DNA of 64,000 nt from positions 85,893-149,892 of the forward strand of contig JANQMJ010000021.1 of the NCBI GenBank assembly GCA_028280115.1. Reading direction: 5' to 3'. The position numbers and the translations under genes were made by a program. This stretch comes from Parvularculaceae bacterium. Lineage in GTDB: Bacteria; Pseudomonadota; Alphaproteobacteria; Caulobacterales; Parvularculaceae. Shown in pieces: positions 38,373 to 47,934 of this stretch. How positions within the stretch are numbered: the stretch's first letter is position 1; every line of letters begins with the position of its first letter. The notes below the pieces were generated by a model, which was not told the origin of the DNA, searched no databases, and saw only the letters and a list, made by a program, of their open reading frames with translations.

Positions 38373-39772
38373 GCGGCGGCCTCACCCTCTGTCGTCAGCG
38401 CGCCGGCGAGCGCGTTCGGCGTTATCCCCGTGATGCGCGCCGGCGCGATAGACCCTAGCATGGATTGTGGCGCGCGAATGTGAACGCTTTGCAAATAGGG
38501 CGAACGACCGACCAGCTGGCCCGCATGGCGGCCGGGTTTTTCCAGTAATACCGGCAGCACCTTGCCCGTCTGGGCGCGATTGAAGGCATTTTTCTGCGCC
38601 TCCAGCAGGGCCTGCAGCCGGGCGAGACGTTCGTCCTTTTCCGCATCGGCGACCTGGCCGCGCATAGCTGCGCCGGGCGTGCCCGGACGGCGCGAATATT
38701 TGAAGGAAAAGGCCGAGGCGTAGCCGACCGCTTCGACCAGCGCCAAAGTGGCTTCGAAATCCTCGTTGGTTTCGCCCGGAAAGCCGACGATGAAATCGCC
38801 GGAAAGGGCGATGTCCGGCCGCGCGGCCCGCACGCGCTCAATCAGGCGGAGATATTCGTCCGCCGTGTGGCCGCGATTCATGGCCTTGAGAATTTTGTCG
38901 GCGCCCGCCTGCACCGGCAGATGAAGATAAGGCATCAGCTTTTCTTCTTCGCCCAGCGTCGCGATAAGCCCATCGTCCATGTCGCGCGGATGCGAGGTCG
39001 TAAAACGGATGCGCTCAAGCCCGTCGATCCGCGCCAGATGCCGGCACAGTTCGCCAAGGCCCCATACGGTCTCGCCTCTATCGCCCGCCGGCGGCGGCGC
39101 GCGCCAGGCGTTGACGTTCTGACCGAGCAGGGTGATCTCCTTGACGCCCTGCGCGATCAGGGCGCGCGCTTCCGCCGTGATGTCGTCGACCGGCCGCGAC
39201 ACTTCCGATCCGCGCGTATAGGGCACGACGCAAAAGGTGCAGAACTTATCGCAGCCTTCTTGAATCGTAAGGAACGCGGTCGGGCCGTCGGCGTTGCGCG
39301 CGACCAGGCGGTCGAATTTTTCTTCGACGGCGAAGTCGGTTTCAAGCACGTCGCCGCGCTGCCGGGCAGCACGGGCGATCAGTTCGGGCAAGCGATGATA
39401 GGCTTGGGGCCCGACGACCATGTCGACCTGGGGGGCGCGCGCTGAGATCTCCGCGCCTTCCGCCTGGGCGACGCAGCCGGCGACGGCGATGGAAAAGGCT
39501 TCGCCGTGTTTGGCCTTCGCGGTTTTGATTTTTTTGAGCCGGCCGAGTTCGGAATAGACTTTTTCGGCCGCCTTTTCGCGAATGTGGCAGGTGTTGAGAA
39601 TGACCAAATCCGCATCTTCCGGAGATGTCGCCGCGCCATAGCCGAGAGGCTTCAACAAGTCGATCATGCGCTCGGAATCGTAGACGTTCATCTGGCACCC
39701 ATAGGTCCGGATGAAGACGGATTTATCCTTGCTTGCCTGCTCTTGGCCCACGTCCGCCGCCGGTTTGCGCAA
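38369..39772 (-). CDS. miaB: tRNA-i6A37 methylthiotransferase
   Basis: [14 protein letters not shown], radical-SAM [11 protein letters not shown], and a TRAM C-terminus. The TTG at 39772 is probably too far upstream; the GTG at 39751 is more plausible. Confidence 0.92.
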   Translation of the reverse strand: MRKPAADVGQEQASKDKSVFIRTYGCQMNVYDSERMIDLLKPLGYGAATSPEDADLVILNTCHIREKAAEKVYSELGRLKKIKTAKAKHGEAFSIAVAGCVAQAEGAEISARAPQVDMVVGPQAYHRLPELIARAARQRGDVLETDFAVEEKFDRLVARNADGPTAFLTIQEGCDKFCTFCVVPYTRGSEVSRPVDDITAEARALIAQGVKEITLLGQNVNAWRAPPPAGDRGETVWGLGELCRHLARIDGLERIRFTTSHPRDMDDGLIATLGEEEKLMPYLHLPVQAGADKILKAMNRGHTADEYLRLIERVRAARPDIALSGDFIVGFPGETNEDFEATLALVEAVGYASAFSFKYSRRPGTPGAAMRGQVADAEKDERLARLQALLEAQKNAFNRAQTGKVLPVLLEKPGRHAGQLVGRSPYLQSVHIRAPQSMLGSIAPARITGITPNALAGALTTEGEAAA

Positions 39773-39825
39773 AAACGGTTACTTAGGGCGGCGGACGGCA
39801 AGATGCAATCGTCGCCGCGCCTAAG
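39771..39825 (-). terminator. probable intrinsic terminator of the diiron-oxygenase gene
   Basis: The minus strand reads cttaggcgcggcgacg-loop-cgtccgccgccctaag (imperfect 16-nt arms), followed by taaccgTTTTT. It lies 60 nt after the stop at 39885. Confidence 0.5.
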
Positions 39826-39884
39826 CGGGGCGCGCCCTCGAACGATCGCCAGCGAGCCGGCAACAAGACCGAAAAGGAAGACGA

Positions 39885-40997
39885 TCAGGCGCGCGCCGGC
39901 TGCGGCGTGGTCGCGCCGAGGGCGGCGACCCCTTCCACATATTCCTGGCGCTTGCGCTTGTTGATTTCGTCAAATTCCTCGGCGCGTTCGTTGTCGTTCT
40001 TCATCAGCGCTTCGTAATCGGTTTTGGCGAAATCAAGCACGCCCATATTCGCGTAGGCCGCCTGAATTTTGTCAGACCACAGACCGATATCGCGAACAAT
40101 GGGCACGATGCGCTGGAACAGCATGGTGCGGAACATTTTCATATGGGCCGACGCATCCTGCGCGGCGACGCATTCCTCGACGGGCAGGCCGAGATGCTCG
40201 TAAACCTCGCGGCCTTCGAAACGGTCGCGCATGTGATAACAGGCCTCGACGAGAAATTCCTCGCGCTCGTTGCGTTCGGCCTCGGTCAGATGCGGATAAT
40301 AATCGCGCAATGCGAGTCGCCCGAACGCCACATGACGCGACTCGTCCTGCATCACATAGGCGTTGACCATCTGGGCCAGAGGATTTTTTGCGGTTTCGCG
40401 GATATTATTGAAAGCGGCGAGCGCAAGCCCTTCGATCACCACCTGCATGGCGAGATAGGTCATGTCCCAGCGCGAATCGCGCAGCGCCTGGTCGACCAGC
40501 GTCTGCAGCGGACCGGTCATGGGATAGGCGACACCGAATTTTTGCAGCAGCTTCTTATACGCCTCCAGATGGCGGGCTTCGTCCATCACCTGGGTCGAGG
40601 CGTAGAACTTGGCGTCCATGTCGGGAACCTGCTGAACGATTTTCGCCGCACAGATCAGCGCGGCCTGCTCGCCCTGCATGAATTGCGAAATCGTCCAGGA
40701 CTGAAAATGACGGCGCACATCCGCCTTTTCCTGATCGCTCATCTTGGCCCAGACCGGCGTGTGGTAAATGCCGGTAAGCTCGTCGGCGAGCCCCATGGGA
40801 TTTTCACTATCAAGCTCAAGGTCCCAGTCGACGCGTTCCAGCGCGTCCCACTGCATGTCCTTGCCCTTCTGATAGAGGTGCATCATCTGCTTGCGGCCGT
40901 CGTCATACTCCCAGTCAAACGCCGCTTCGAAGTTCTGGGGGACGGTCCAGCAAGGATCGATGTCGGGGATCGGATAAAGATCGCGCAGGGACGACAT
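39885..40997 (-). CDS. ferritin-like diiron oxygenase (AurF / p-aminobenzoate N-oxygenase-like family)
   Basis: Trimmed to MSSLRDLY. Two ExxH diiron motifs (MDEARH, QDESRH) plus upstream Glu residues (QGEQAAL, VIEGLAL) in a four-helix-bundle-like layout. Confidence 0.7.
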   Translation of the reverse strand: MSSLRDLYPIPDIDPCWTVPQNFEAAFDWEYDDGRKQMMHLYQKGKDMQWDALERVDWDLELDSENPMGLADELTGIYHTPVWAKMSDQEKADVRRHFQSWTISQFMQGEQAALICAAKIVQQVPDMDAKFYASTQVMDEARHLEAYKKLLQKFGVAYPMTGPLQTLVDQALRDSRWDMTYLAMQVVIEGLALAAFNNIRETAKNPLAQMVNAYVMQDESRHVAFGRLALRDYYPHLTEAERNEREEFLVEACYHMRDRFEGREVYEHLGLPVEECVAAQDASAHMKMFRTMLFQRIVPIVRDIGLWSDKIQAAYANMGVLDFAKTDYEALMKNDNERAEEFDEINKRKRQEYVEGVAALGATTPQPARA

Positions 40998-41150
40998 GTC
41001 GGGCTCCTCAAAGGCATCTTCGGGCCACGGCCCAAGGCCATAGGTTGACGCGGTTAGGGATTGGCAAGCCGCCAAAGTACACTAACCGGTTTACCTAGGC
41101 TCAAGTCAAGAATTTCGGCTGAAATTGGCCGATTATGCTAACCTTCGCGG

Positions 41151-41567
41151 TCAGTCGTCGGCTTTGTCGAGCGGCACGCCGTAAAGCTCGAGTCGGTGGT
41201 CGACGAGCTTATAGCCATGCTCCTCGGCGATGCGATGTTGCAGGCGCTCGATTTCTTCATTGACGAATTCGATCACCTCGCCGGAGCGCAGATCGATCAG
41301 GTGGTCATGATGGTCGTCGGTCGCTTCCTCATAGCGGGCGCGGCCGTCCTGAAAATCGTGCCGTTCGACCACGCCGGCCTCCTCGAACAGCCGCATGGTC
41401 CGGTAGACCGTCGCGATCGAGATATTTGGGTCGAGTTCTGCGGCGCGGCGATGGATTTCTTCAACATCGGGATGATCATCCGCCAGCGACAGCACCCGGG
41501 CGATCACGCGGCGCTGTTCGGTCATGCGCATGCCCTTTGCGATGCAGATTTTTTCCAGTCGGTCCAT
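41151..41567 (-). CDS. fur: Fur-family metalloregulator (Fur/Mur type)
   Basis: MTEQRRVIARVL..., HPDVEEIHRRA, SIATVYRTMRLFEEAGVV, and HHDHLIDL metal site. It has the conserved position next to rimI-tsaB. Confidence 0.88.
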   Translation of the reverse strand: MDRLEKICIAKGMRMTEQRRVIARVLSLADDHPDVEEIHRRAAELDPNISIATVYRTMRLFEEAGVVERHDFQDGRARYEEATDDHHDHLIDLRSGEVIEFVNEEIERLQHRIAEEHGYKLVDHRLELYGVPLDKADD

Positions 41568-41649
41568 AGGTTTCTCCGAGCAAGGCGGCCGCGCATTTAT
41601 ATCTATCGGCCGGGCGCGCCATGCAACCAGAAAGCGAATAAGGGCCCGA

Positions 41650-42096
41650 TTATATGGCCATCTGCATGATCACGGCGTCGGCCCCGTCGCGATAATAAGC
41701 CTGCCGGACGCTGACCGGCTCAAATCCCGCCCGGGCGTACAGAGCGCGCGCGGCGTCGGCGCCGGCGTCAACCTCCAAATATAGGCGCGTCGCACCGGCG
41801 CGCCGGGCGTCATATAGCACAGCTTCAAGCAGCGCCATGCCCGCCCCGTTTCTCCTGGCCGGCGGGGCGACGCCGATGGCCAAGAGCTCCGCCTCGCCGC
41901 GAAGATCGCGCCAAATGGCCAATCCGACCGGCGCTGCGTCTGTCGCACCGGCCAAAAGGACGCTTACCAACGGCATATCGAGACTTTCGCGAACGCTTTG
42001 TTCTCCCCAACTGCGGGCCCCGAACGCAGCCGCTTCGATGCGGACGACGTCGTCCGCATCGCCCGGTCCGGCGCGGCGGGTGCGCCACGCCGTCAT
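41650..42096 (-). CDS. rimI: ribosomal-protein-alanine N-acetyltransferase
   Basis: Track ORF trimmed to MTAWRTRRAGPGDADDVVRIEAAAF. GNAT core RRNGAGMALLEAV. ATGA overlap with tsaB. Confidence 0.8.
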   Translation of the reverse strand: MTAWRTRRAGPGDADDVVRIEAAAFGARSWGEQSVRESLDMPLVSVLLAGATDAAPVGLAIWRDLRGEAELLAIGVAPPARRNGAGMALLEAVLYDARRAGATRLYLEVDAGADAARALYARAGFEPVSVRQAYYRDGADAVIMQMAI

Positions 42097-42776
42097 GGCC
42101 CAGCGCGCCTTGGAGTGGCGGAACCGGCGGGCTTGGCATCGGGCGGACGCAAATAGAGCGGCGCGGGCGGGCCGGCCGGCAGCGGCGCCGTCCCGGCCAG
42201 CCGCGCCACAATGGCGGCGTCGATCTGATCCCCAGCGCCGGATCGGCGCCAGTTTTCGGGCCGCGAGGGCAGCAATCCGGCGCCGGTTCCGACGGTCACG
42301 ACGCAACTGGGCCCCGCCGCATCCACAAGGCGGGCGAAGGCCGCATCCGGCGCGGCAACAAACGGCGCAACCAAAGTTTCGCCATCCGCCTTGTAAAGCC
42401 CCGCATAGACCTGCCCGCGGCGCGCATCGATGACCGGCGCGATGAGGCTTTCTGCGTCGTCAGCGGCCACATTGCCCGCAAGGGCGGCCAGGCTTGTCAG
42501 GCCGATCACCGGAACGCCGGTTGCAACGCCAAGGCCGCGAGCGAAGGCGAGCGCGACCCGCACGCCGGTGAAGCCGCCGGGGCCGACCACGACGCCGATG
42601 CGGCCAAGATCGGCGACGCGGGCGCCGGCTTCCTTAAGGACCGCCGCCGCCATCGGCGCGATATGTTCCGCATGTCCGCGCTCCATGTCGGCGGCGCGCA
42701 CAGCGACCTTCACGCCGTCGCGCGCAATCGCGACGGAACAGCGCTGCAGCGCGCTATCAAGGCCCATGATCAGCAC
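42093..42776 (-). CDS. tsaB: tRNA t6A37 biosynthesis protein TsaB
   Basis: Trimmed to a GTG start giving (M)LIMGLDSALQRCSVAI. VVVGPGGFTGVRVALAFARG is a TsaB hallmark. Confidence 0.85.
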   Translation of the reverse strand: MLIMGLDSALQRCSVAIARDGVKVAVRAADMERGHAEHIAPMAAAVLKEAGARVADLGRIGVVVGPGGFTGVRVALAFARGLGVATGVPVIGLTSLAALAGNVAADDAESLIAPVIDARRGQVYAGLYKADGETLVAPFVAAPDAAFARLVDAAGPSCVVTVGTGAGLLPSRPENWRRSGAGDQIDAAIVARLAGTAPLPAGPPAPLYLRPPDAKPAGSATPRRAGP

Positions 42777-42810
42777 GCCGCCGCTTTCATCCCTGGCGCG
42801 GCGATATCCG

Positions 42811-43404
42811 TCAAACGATTTGGCACGCTTCGCCGAACGCCAGACGCGGGCCGCGCGGATGCAGCTTTTCGTCCGTGCCGTAGCCAATGTTGCAAAGGAA
42901 ATTGGCCTTAAAGGTCGTACCGGCGAAAAACGCCTTATCGACCCCGTCCTTGTCAAAACCCGACATGGGCCCGCAATCGAGCCCCAGGGCGCGCGCGGCG
43001 ATGATGAGATAAGCGCCCTGAAGCGAACCATTGCGCATCGCGGTTTCCTCAATCAGAGCGTCATTGCCGGCGAACCAGCTTTTTGCATCCGCATGCGGAA
43101 AAAGCTGCGGCAGCTTTTCATAAAACGCCATGTCATAGGCGATGATGACGCAGCAGGGCGAGGCCATGGTTTTTTCGACATTGCCCGGCAAAAGATGCGG
43201 TTTCAGGCGCTCCTTGGCTTCTTTGGACATGACGAAGACAAAGCGCGCCGGCGAACAGTTGGCTGATGTGGGGCCCCATTTGGTCAGGTCGTAAACCGCC
43301 TGAATGAGGGTTCTGGAGACGTCGCGCGGCTCCCAGCCGTTGCGCGTGCGCGCTTCGCGAAAAATAACGTCGAGGGCTTCGTCGTTGATGATCCTGTCAG
43401 ACAT
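42811..43404 (-). CDS. nitroreductase-family protein, malonic semialdehyde reductase RutE-like
   Basis: Trimmed to [24 protein letters not shown].... [16 protein letters not shown] and [12 protein letters not shown]. Confidence 0.8.
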   Translation of the reverse strand: MSDRIINDEALDVIFREARTRNGWEPRDVSRTLIQAVYDLTKWGPTSANCSPARFVFVMSKEAKERLKPHLLPGNVEKTMASPCCVIIAYDMAFYEKLPQLFPHADAKSWFAGNDALIEETAMRNGSLQGAYLIIAARALGLDCGPMSGFDKDGVDKAFFAGTTFKANFLCNIGYGTDEKLHPRGPRLAFGEACQIV

Positions 43405-43580
43405 GGTCGCTTCGTCTTTCCGGCCGAGTATTGGAAACAATACGTAAGGATAGCCTCGGATTTCCTTACGTCGAACCTGTCGAGATTTTTAACCGACTCC
43501 CGAAGCGCCGCAACGGGGTGCTCGATCAACAGTTTCGAAGCGCCGACGACGATGGAGCTGGCGTTGACGAGGCCGAGCGC

Positions 43581-44168
43581 TCAGGCCACCGCCTCGACTT
43601 TGGCGACCTCGGGCACGTAATGCTTGAGCATGTTCTCAATGCCGGCCTTCAAGGTCATGGTGGAGGAGGGGCACCCCGAACACGCCCCCTGCATGGCGAG
43701 GAAGACCACGCCCGTGCGGGGCTCGAAATGCTTGAAAACGATATCGCCGCCGTCGGCGGCGACGGCTGGGCGCACCCTTGTATCGATCAGCTCGATGATC
43801 TGCTCGACCACTTCCCGGTCCTCGCCCTCATAATCGTCCAGCGGCGTCGCCGGCGCGCCCGACGGCGCCTCAGCGCCTTCCTTGAGAACCGGCAAACCGG
43901 CGGCGAGAAAATCGGCGATCGCGCCCAAAATAGCCGGTTTGACATGCATCCATTCCACCGCCTCGGCCTTTGTCACGGTGATAAAATCGCCGCCCAGATA
44001 GACGCCCATGACGCCGTCGATCTCGAACAGGCTTTGCGCCAGCGGGGAGGCGGCGGCCGATTCCATGGTGGGAAAATCCATGCCCAGCGCACCCTGGCCC
44101 AGCACGCCCTGGCCGGGCAGGAATTTCATCGATTGCGGGTTGGGCGTGTCTTCGGTCTGAATGAACAT
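43581..44168 (-). CDS. NifU-family Fe-S cluster assembly protein (Nfu_N + NifU C-terminal domains)
   Basis: MFIQTEDTPNPQSMKFLPG N-domain and the GACSGCPSS CxxC motif. Confidence 0.88.
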   Translation of the reverse strand: MFIQTEDTPNPQSMKFLPGQGVLGQGALGMDFPTMESAAASPLAQSLFEIDGVMGVYLGGDFITVTKAEAVEWMHVKPAILGAIADFLAAGLPVLKEGAEAPSGAPATPLDDYEGEDREVVEQIIELIDTRVRPAVAADGGDIVFKHFEPRTGVVFLAMQGACSGCPSSTMTLKAGIENMLKHYVPEVAKVEAVA

Positions 44169-44293
44169 GGCCGCGCCTTTCTAAATCCTGGCTATCACCT
44201 AGGCGCCCAATCGGCTTTTCGCAACCGCCGTTGCCCCAGACGCAAAGGCCGAGTAAGGCGATAGGCGTTCGCAATCATCAAAAAACCACCCCC

Positions 44294-46594
44294 ATGGACG
44301 ACAACACCGTAAAATTCACCGACGAGGAAGCGCTCGAATTTCACCAAAGCGGCAAGCCGGGCAAGCTCGAGATCACGCCGACCAAGCCCATGGCGACCCA
44401 GCGCCATCTGTCGCTCGCCTACAGCCCCGGGGTCGCCGTGCCGGTCAAGGCGATCGCCGACAATCCGGACCTTGCCTACGACTACACCTCGAAAGGCAAC
44501 ATGGTCGCTGTGATCTCCAACGGCACGGCGATTCTCGGTCTCGGCGACCTCGGCGCCCTGGCCGCCAAGCCGGTCATGGAAGGCAAGTCCGTTCTGTTCA
44601 AGCGCTTCGCGGACATCGATTCCATCGACATCGAAGTCGACACCAAGGATCCCGACGAATTCATCAACGCCGTTAAGCATCTCGGCCCGGCATTCGGCGG
44701 GATCAATCTTGAAGACATCGCCGCGCCGGACAGCTTCGCCATCGAGCAGCGCCTGAAAGAGCTCATGGACATTCCCGTGTTCCATGACGACCAGCACGGC
44801 ACGGCCATCATCGCCGCGGCGGGCCTGTTGAACGCCCTCGACATCACCGGCAAGTCGATCAAGGAGATCAAGGTGGCCGTATCGGGCGCCGGCTCCTCGG
44901 CGCTTTCCGTCATCGGCCTGATCAAGGCCATGGGCCTGCCGCACGACCATGCGATCGTGTGCGATTCGAGAGGCGTCGTTTACCAGGGCCGCACCGAGCG
45001 CATGGATCAGTGGCGCTCGGCCCATGCGGTCGAAACAGACAAACGCACCCTCGCCGAAGCGATGGACGGCGCCGATGTTTGCATCGGCCTTTCCGCCGCC
45101 GGCGCCGTGACCCCGGACATGGTCAAATCCATGGCGAAAAACCCAATCCTTTTCGTCATGGCCAATCCGACGCCGGAAATCCTGCCCGAGGAAATCCAGG
45201 CGCTGCGCGACGACGCCATCATCGCCACCGGGCGTTCGGACTATCCCAACCAGGTCAACAACGTGCTCGGGTTTCCCTACATCTTCCGCGGCGCGCTCGA
45301 CGCGCGGGCGCGCACCATCAATGAGGAGATGAAAATCGCCTGCGCCGAAGCGCTGGCCGCACTCGCCCGCCAGGACGTGCCCGACGAGGTCGCCGCCGCC
45401 TACGGCAAGCGGCTGAAATACGGGCCGGGCTATATCATTCCGACGCCGTTCGATCCGCGGCTGATTTCAGAGATTCCGCCCGCGGTGGCCAAGGCGGCGA
45501 CCGACACCGGCGTTGCGCGCAAACCGGTCGCGAACCTTTACGCCTACAAGCAAACCCTCGCCGCGCGCCTGGATCCGTCGGCGTCCTTTCTGCAAAAGAT
45601 CTATTCCTCTTTGCGCAGCCGCGAAGAGAGCAAGCGCATTGTTTTCGCCGAAGGCGAAGACGAAGCGGTGATCCGCGCGGCGCATATCTTCCAACGGGAA
45701 GAACTCGGCGAACCGGTGTTGATCGGCCGGGAAGAAAAGATCAGGGAACGCATTGCCGACCTCGGCATGGAGGACGAGTGCGATTTCGAGATCCACAATG
45801 CGCGCCTGTCGGCGCACAACCCGCTTTATACGGAATATCTCTACAAGCGCCTGCAACGCAAAGGTTATCTGTTCCGCGACGCGCAGCGCCTCGTCAACAC
45901 CGACCGAAACGTCTTCGGCGCCTGCATGCTGGCGCACGGGCACGCCCACGGCATGGTCACCGGCGTGACCCGGCACTACAATGTGGCGCGCGAAAATATC
46001 GGCCTCGCGCTCGATCCACGCCCCGGCGAACGCATGATCGGCGTGTCGATCATCCTCGCAACGCAACGCACGCTTTTCGTCGCCGACACGAATGTCACCG
46101 AACTGCCCAACCCCCAGGACCTCGCCGACATCGGCGTGCAGGTCGCACACGCCGCGCGGCGGCTTGGTTTCACGCCGAAACTGGCGTTCCTCTCCCATTC
46201 CAATTTCGGCAATCCCGATACGGAGCATTCGCGGCGCGTTTCCGGGGCTATCGAGATCCTCGATAAGCGCGGCGATATCGACTTCGAGTATGAGGGAGAG
46301 ATGACGCCGCGCATGGCGCTCAACGAAAAACTGCGTCAAGTTTATCCGTTTTCGCGCCTCAAAGGCGAGGCCAACGTGCTGATCACGCCTGGCGTTCATT
46401 CGGCGGCGATCTCAAGCAAGCTGCTCGGCGAAATCGGCGGCGCCATGGTCATCGGTCCGCTCCTGATCGGCCTGGAAAAGTCGGTGCAGATCGTTCAGGT
46501 CGGCGCCGGCGTCTCCGACATCGTCATCCTCGCCGCCATGGCCGCTTACGAGCTCGAAAAGGAGCATCGATCCTGGGCGCAGAACGCTTCTTAA
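44294..46594 (+). CDS. maeB: NADP-dependent malic enzyme (malic enzyme + phosphotransacetylase-like domain)
   Basis: Trimmed to MDDNTVKFTDEEALEFH. LSLAYSPGVA, FHDDQHGTAI and GAGSSA NAD(P) loop. The C-terminal PTA-like half gives about 766 aa. Confidence 0.93.
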   Translation: MDDNTVKFTDEEALEFHQSGKPGKLEITPTKPMATQRHLSLAYSPGVAVPVKAIADNPDLAYDYTSKGNMVAVISNGTAILGLGDLGALAAKPVMEGKSVLFKRFADIDSIDIEVDTKDPDEFINAVKHLGPAFGGINLEDIAAPDSFAIEQRLKELMDIPVFHDDQHGTAIIAAAGLLNALDITGKSIKEIKVAVSGAGSSALSVIGLIKAMGLPHDHAIVCDSRGVVYQGRTERMDQWRSAHAVETDKRTLAEAMDGADVCIGLSAAGAVTPDMVKSMAKNPILFVMANPTPEILPEEIQALRDDAIIATGRSDYPNQVNNVLGFPYIFRGALDARARTINEEMKIACAEALAALARQDVPDEVAAAYGKRLKYGPGYIIPTPFDPRLISEIPPAVAKAATDTGVARKPVANLYAYKQTLAARLDPSASFLQKIYSSLRSREESKRIVFAEGEDEAVIRAAHIFQREELGEPVLIGREEKIRERIADLGMEDECDFEIHNARLSAHNPLYTEYLYKRLQRKGYLFRDAQRLVNTDRNVFGACMLAHGHAHGMVTGVTRHYNVARENIGLALDPRPGERMIGVSIILATQRTLFVADTNVTELPNPQDLADIGVQVAHAARRLGFTPKLAFLSHSNFGNPDTEHSRRVSGAIEILDKRGDIDFEYEGEMTPRMALNEKLRQVYPFSRLKGEANVLITPGVHSAAISSKLLGEIGGAMVIGPLLIGLEKSVQIVQVGAGVSDIVILAAMAAYELEKEHRSWAQNAS

Positions 46595-46635
46595 GTGCGA
46601 ATGGGGCGGCCCAGCGCCCAGGCTACAATGAGGAT

Positions 46636-47454
46636 TTACCGCATAGCCTGGCCCATGCGCCGGAAGCGCGCCGATCGGCGGCGCACCAGCGCCGCCGCCC
46701 ATGGCCGCGGCAGGGCTTTCATGAGCCAGACGACGTATTTGTTCCACGCGCCCGGCACATAGACGACATGGCCTTTATCGACGGCGCGCAACGCGCCCTC
46801 AACCACCGGTTCGGCCTCCATGAACATGTATTTCGGCATTTGCGAGACAAGCTCGCGCGTTTCGTTGACGTCGTGGAATTCGGAATAGGTAAAGCCCGGA
46901 CAAGCGGCCGACACGCGAATGTCGGTTCCATAGCATTCAGCCGCGAGCGATTGGGCGAAACTGACCAGGAACGCTTTGGACGCGCCGTAAAGCGTATGAC
47001 CCGACGAACCGGGCATTAATCCCGCAACGGATGAGACCAAAATGATCCGGCCGTAGCCGCGCGCCTGCATGCCGGGCAAAAAGAGACGCGTTAAATGCGC
47101 ATAGCTCGTCACCATCAATTCGATAAAGTCGCGATGGGCGGGCCAATCGTTTTGCGTGTATTGGCCGGGCATGCCGAAGCCGGCGTTATTGACCAGAATA
47201 TCGACGCAGGTCTCATCGGCGGCCAGGTCAAGGGCGATCTCCGCCGGGGCGTCAGGCTTGGCCAGATCAGCGACGATAATGCGCGTCTTGATCGGATGGG
47301 CTGCGGCCAGTTCGTTTGCCAGCGCGTCAAGCCTGTCCCGCCGTCGCGCAACAAGAATAAGATTGGCGCCCCGCGCCGCCAGCGCCCGCGCAAAAGCAGT
47401 CCCGATGCCCGCCGATGCGCCGGTGACCAGCGCCCACTTGCCGTCATAGGTCAT
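46636..47454 (-). CDS. SDR-family oxidoreductase
   Basis: ALVTGASAGIG (TGxxxGxG), NNAG, and YGASKAF (YxxxK). Confidence 0.85.
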   Translation of the reverse strand: MTYDGKWALVTGASAGIGTAFARALAARGANLILVARRRDRLDALANELAAAHPIKTRIIVADLAKPDAPAEIALDLAADETCVDILVNNAGFGMPGQYTQNDWPAHRDFIELMVTSYAHLTRLFLPGMQARGYGRIILVSSVAGLMPGSSGHTLYGASKAFLVSFAQSLAAECYGTDIRVSAACPGFTYSEFHDVNETRELVSQMPKYMFMEAEPVVEGALRAVDKGHVVYVPGAWNKYVVWLMKALPRPWAAALVRRRSARFRRMGQAMR

Positions 47455-47574
47455 CGTTCCATCAGCCTTTATTCGCCGGCGCGGTCAATCGGACCGAGTT
47501 TTGCAACAAGATGCGCGCGGGAGCGCAACAGCGCGAAAAAGGTTAACACGCAGCGTTGACGGGGTCGAAACACA

Positions 47575-47934
47575 ATGGACGTCCTTGAATTCATCGGCAT
47601 TATCGCAACCGCGACGCTGGTGATTTTCTCCTATTTGCGCAACCGCGTTCTTGGCGCTGACGGCGCGGGCGGCCTGTTGGCCTTGTCCGACGATTCCGGC
47701 GCGGTCAAACCCGGCGCGCGGCGGCGCGCCTATCGCATCAAGAAGCGCCGCGCCCGGCCGGCGATGGAGCGCAATAAAGCGCCGTCCGTCCAAGCTGCGG
47801 CGAACACCGCGCAAGCCTACAAAAAGCTCGAGAATGCAGCGCGGATGCGCCGCAAATTCCGCCGGCAGGACGAAGCGCGCTATCACGTCAAAGACAAGGC
47901 GGCGCGTTTTAGGCCGGACGCGGAAAGCGCCTAG
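47575..47934 (+). CDS. hypothetical protein with N-terminal TM and a very basic tail
   Basis: ATG start and GC3-rich codons. VLEFIGIIATATLVIFSYL is followed by an Arg/Lys-rich sequence. No homology recognised. Its 3' end overlaps the convergent gene by 4 nt. Confidence 0.4.
   Translation: MDVLEFIGIIATATLVIFSYLRNRVLGADGAGGLLALSDDSGAVKPGARRRAYRIKKRRARPAMERNKAPSVQAAANTAQAYKKLENAARMRRKFRRQDEARYHVKDKAARFRPDAESA

Noticed and set aside
41076-41150. Fur/Mur/Irr box upstream of the diiron oxygenase gene.
   Set aside because: Only a short AATTTC-N4-GAAATT palindrome is present. It does not match the Fur box, the rhizobial Mur-responsive sequence or the Irr ICE motif as I remember them, which is insufficient to annotate a site.
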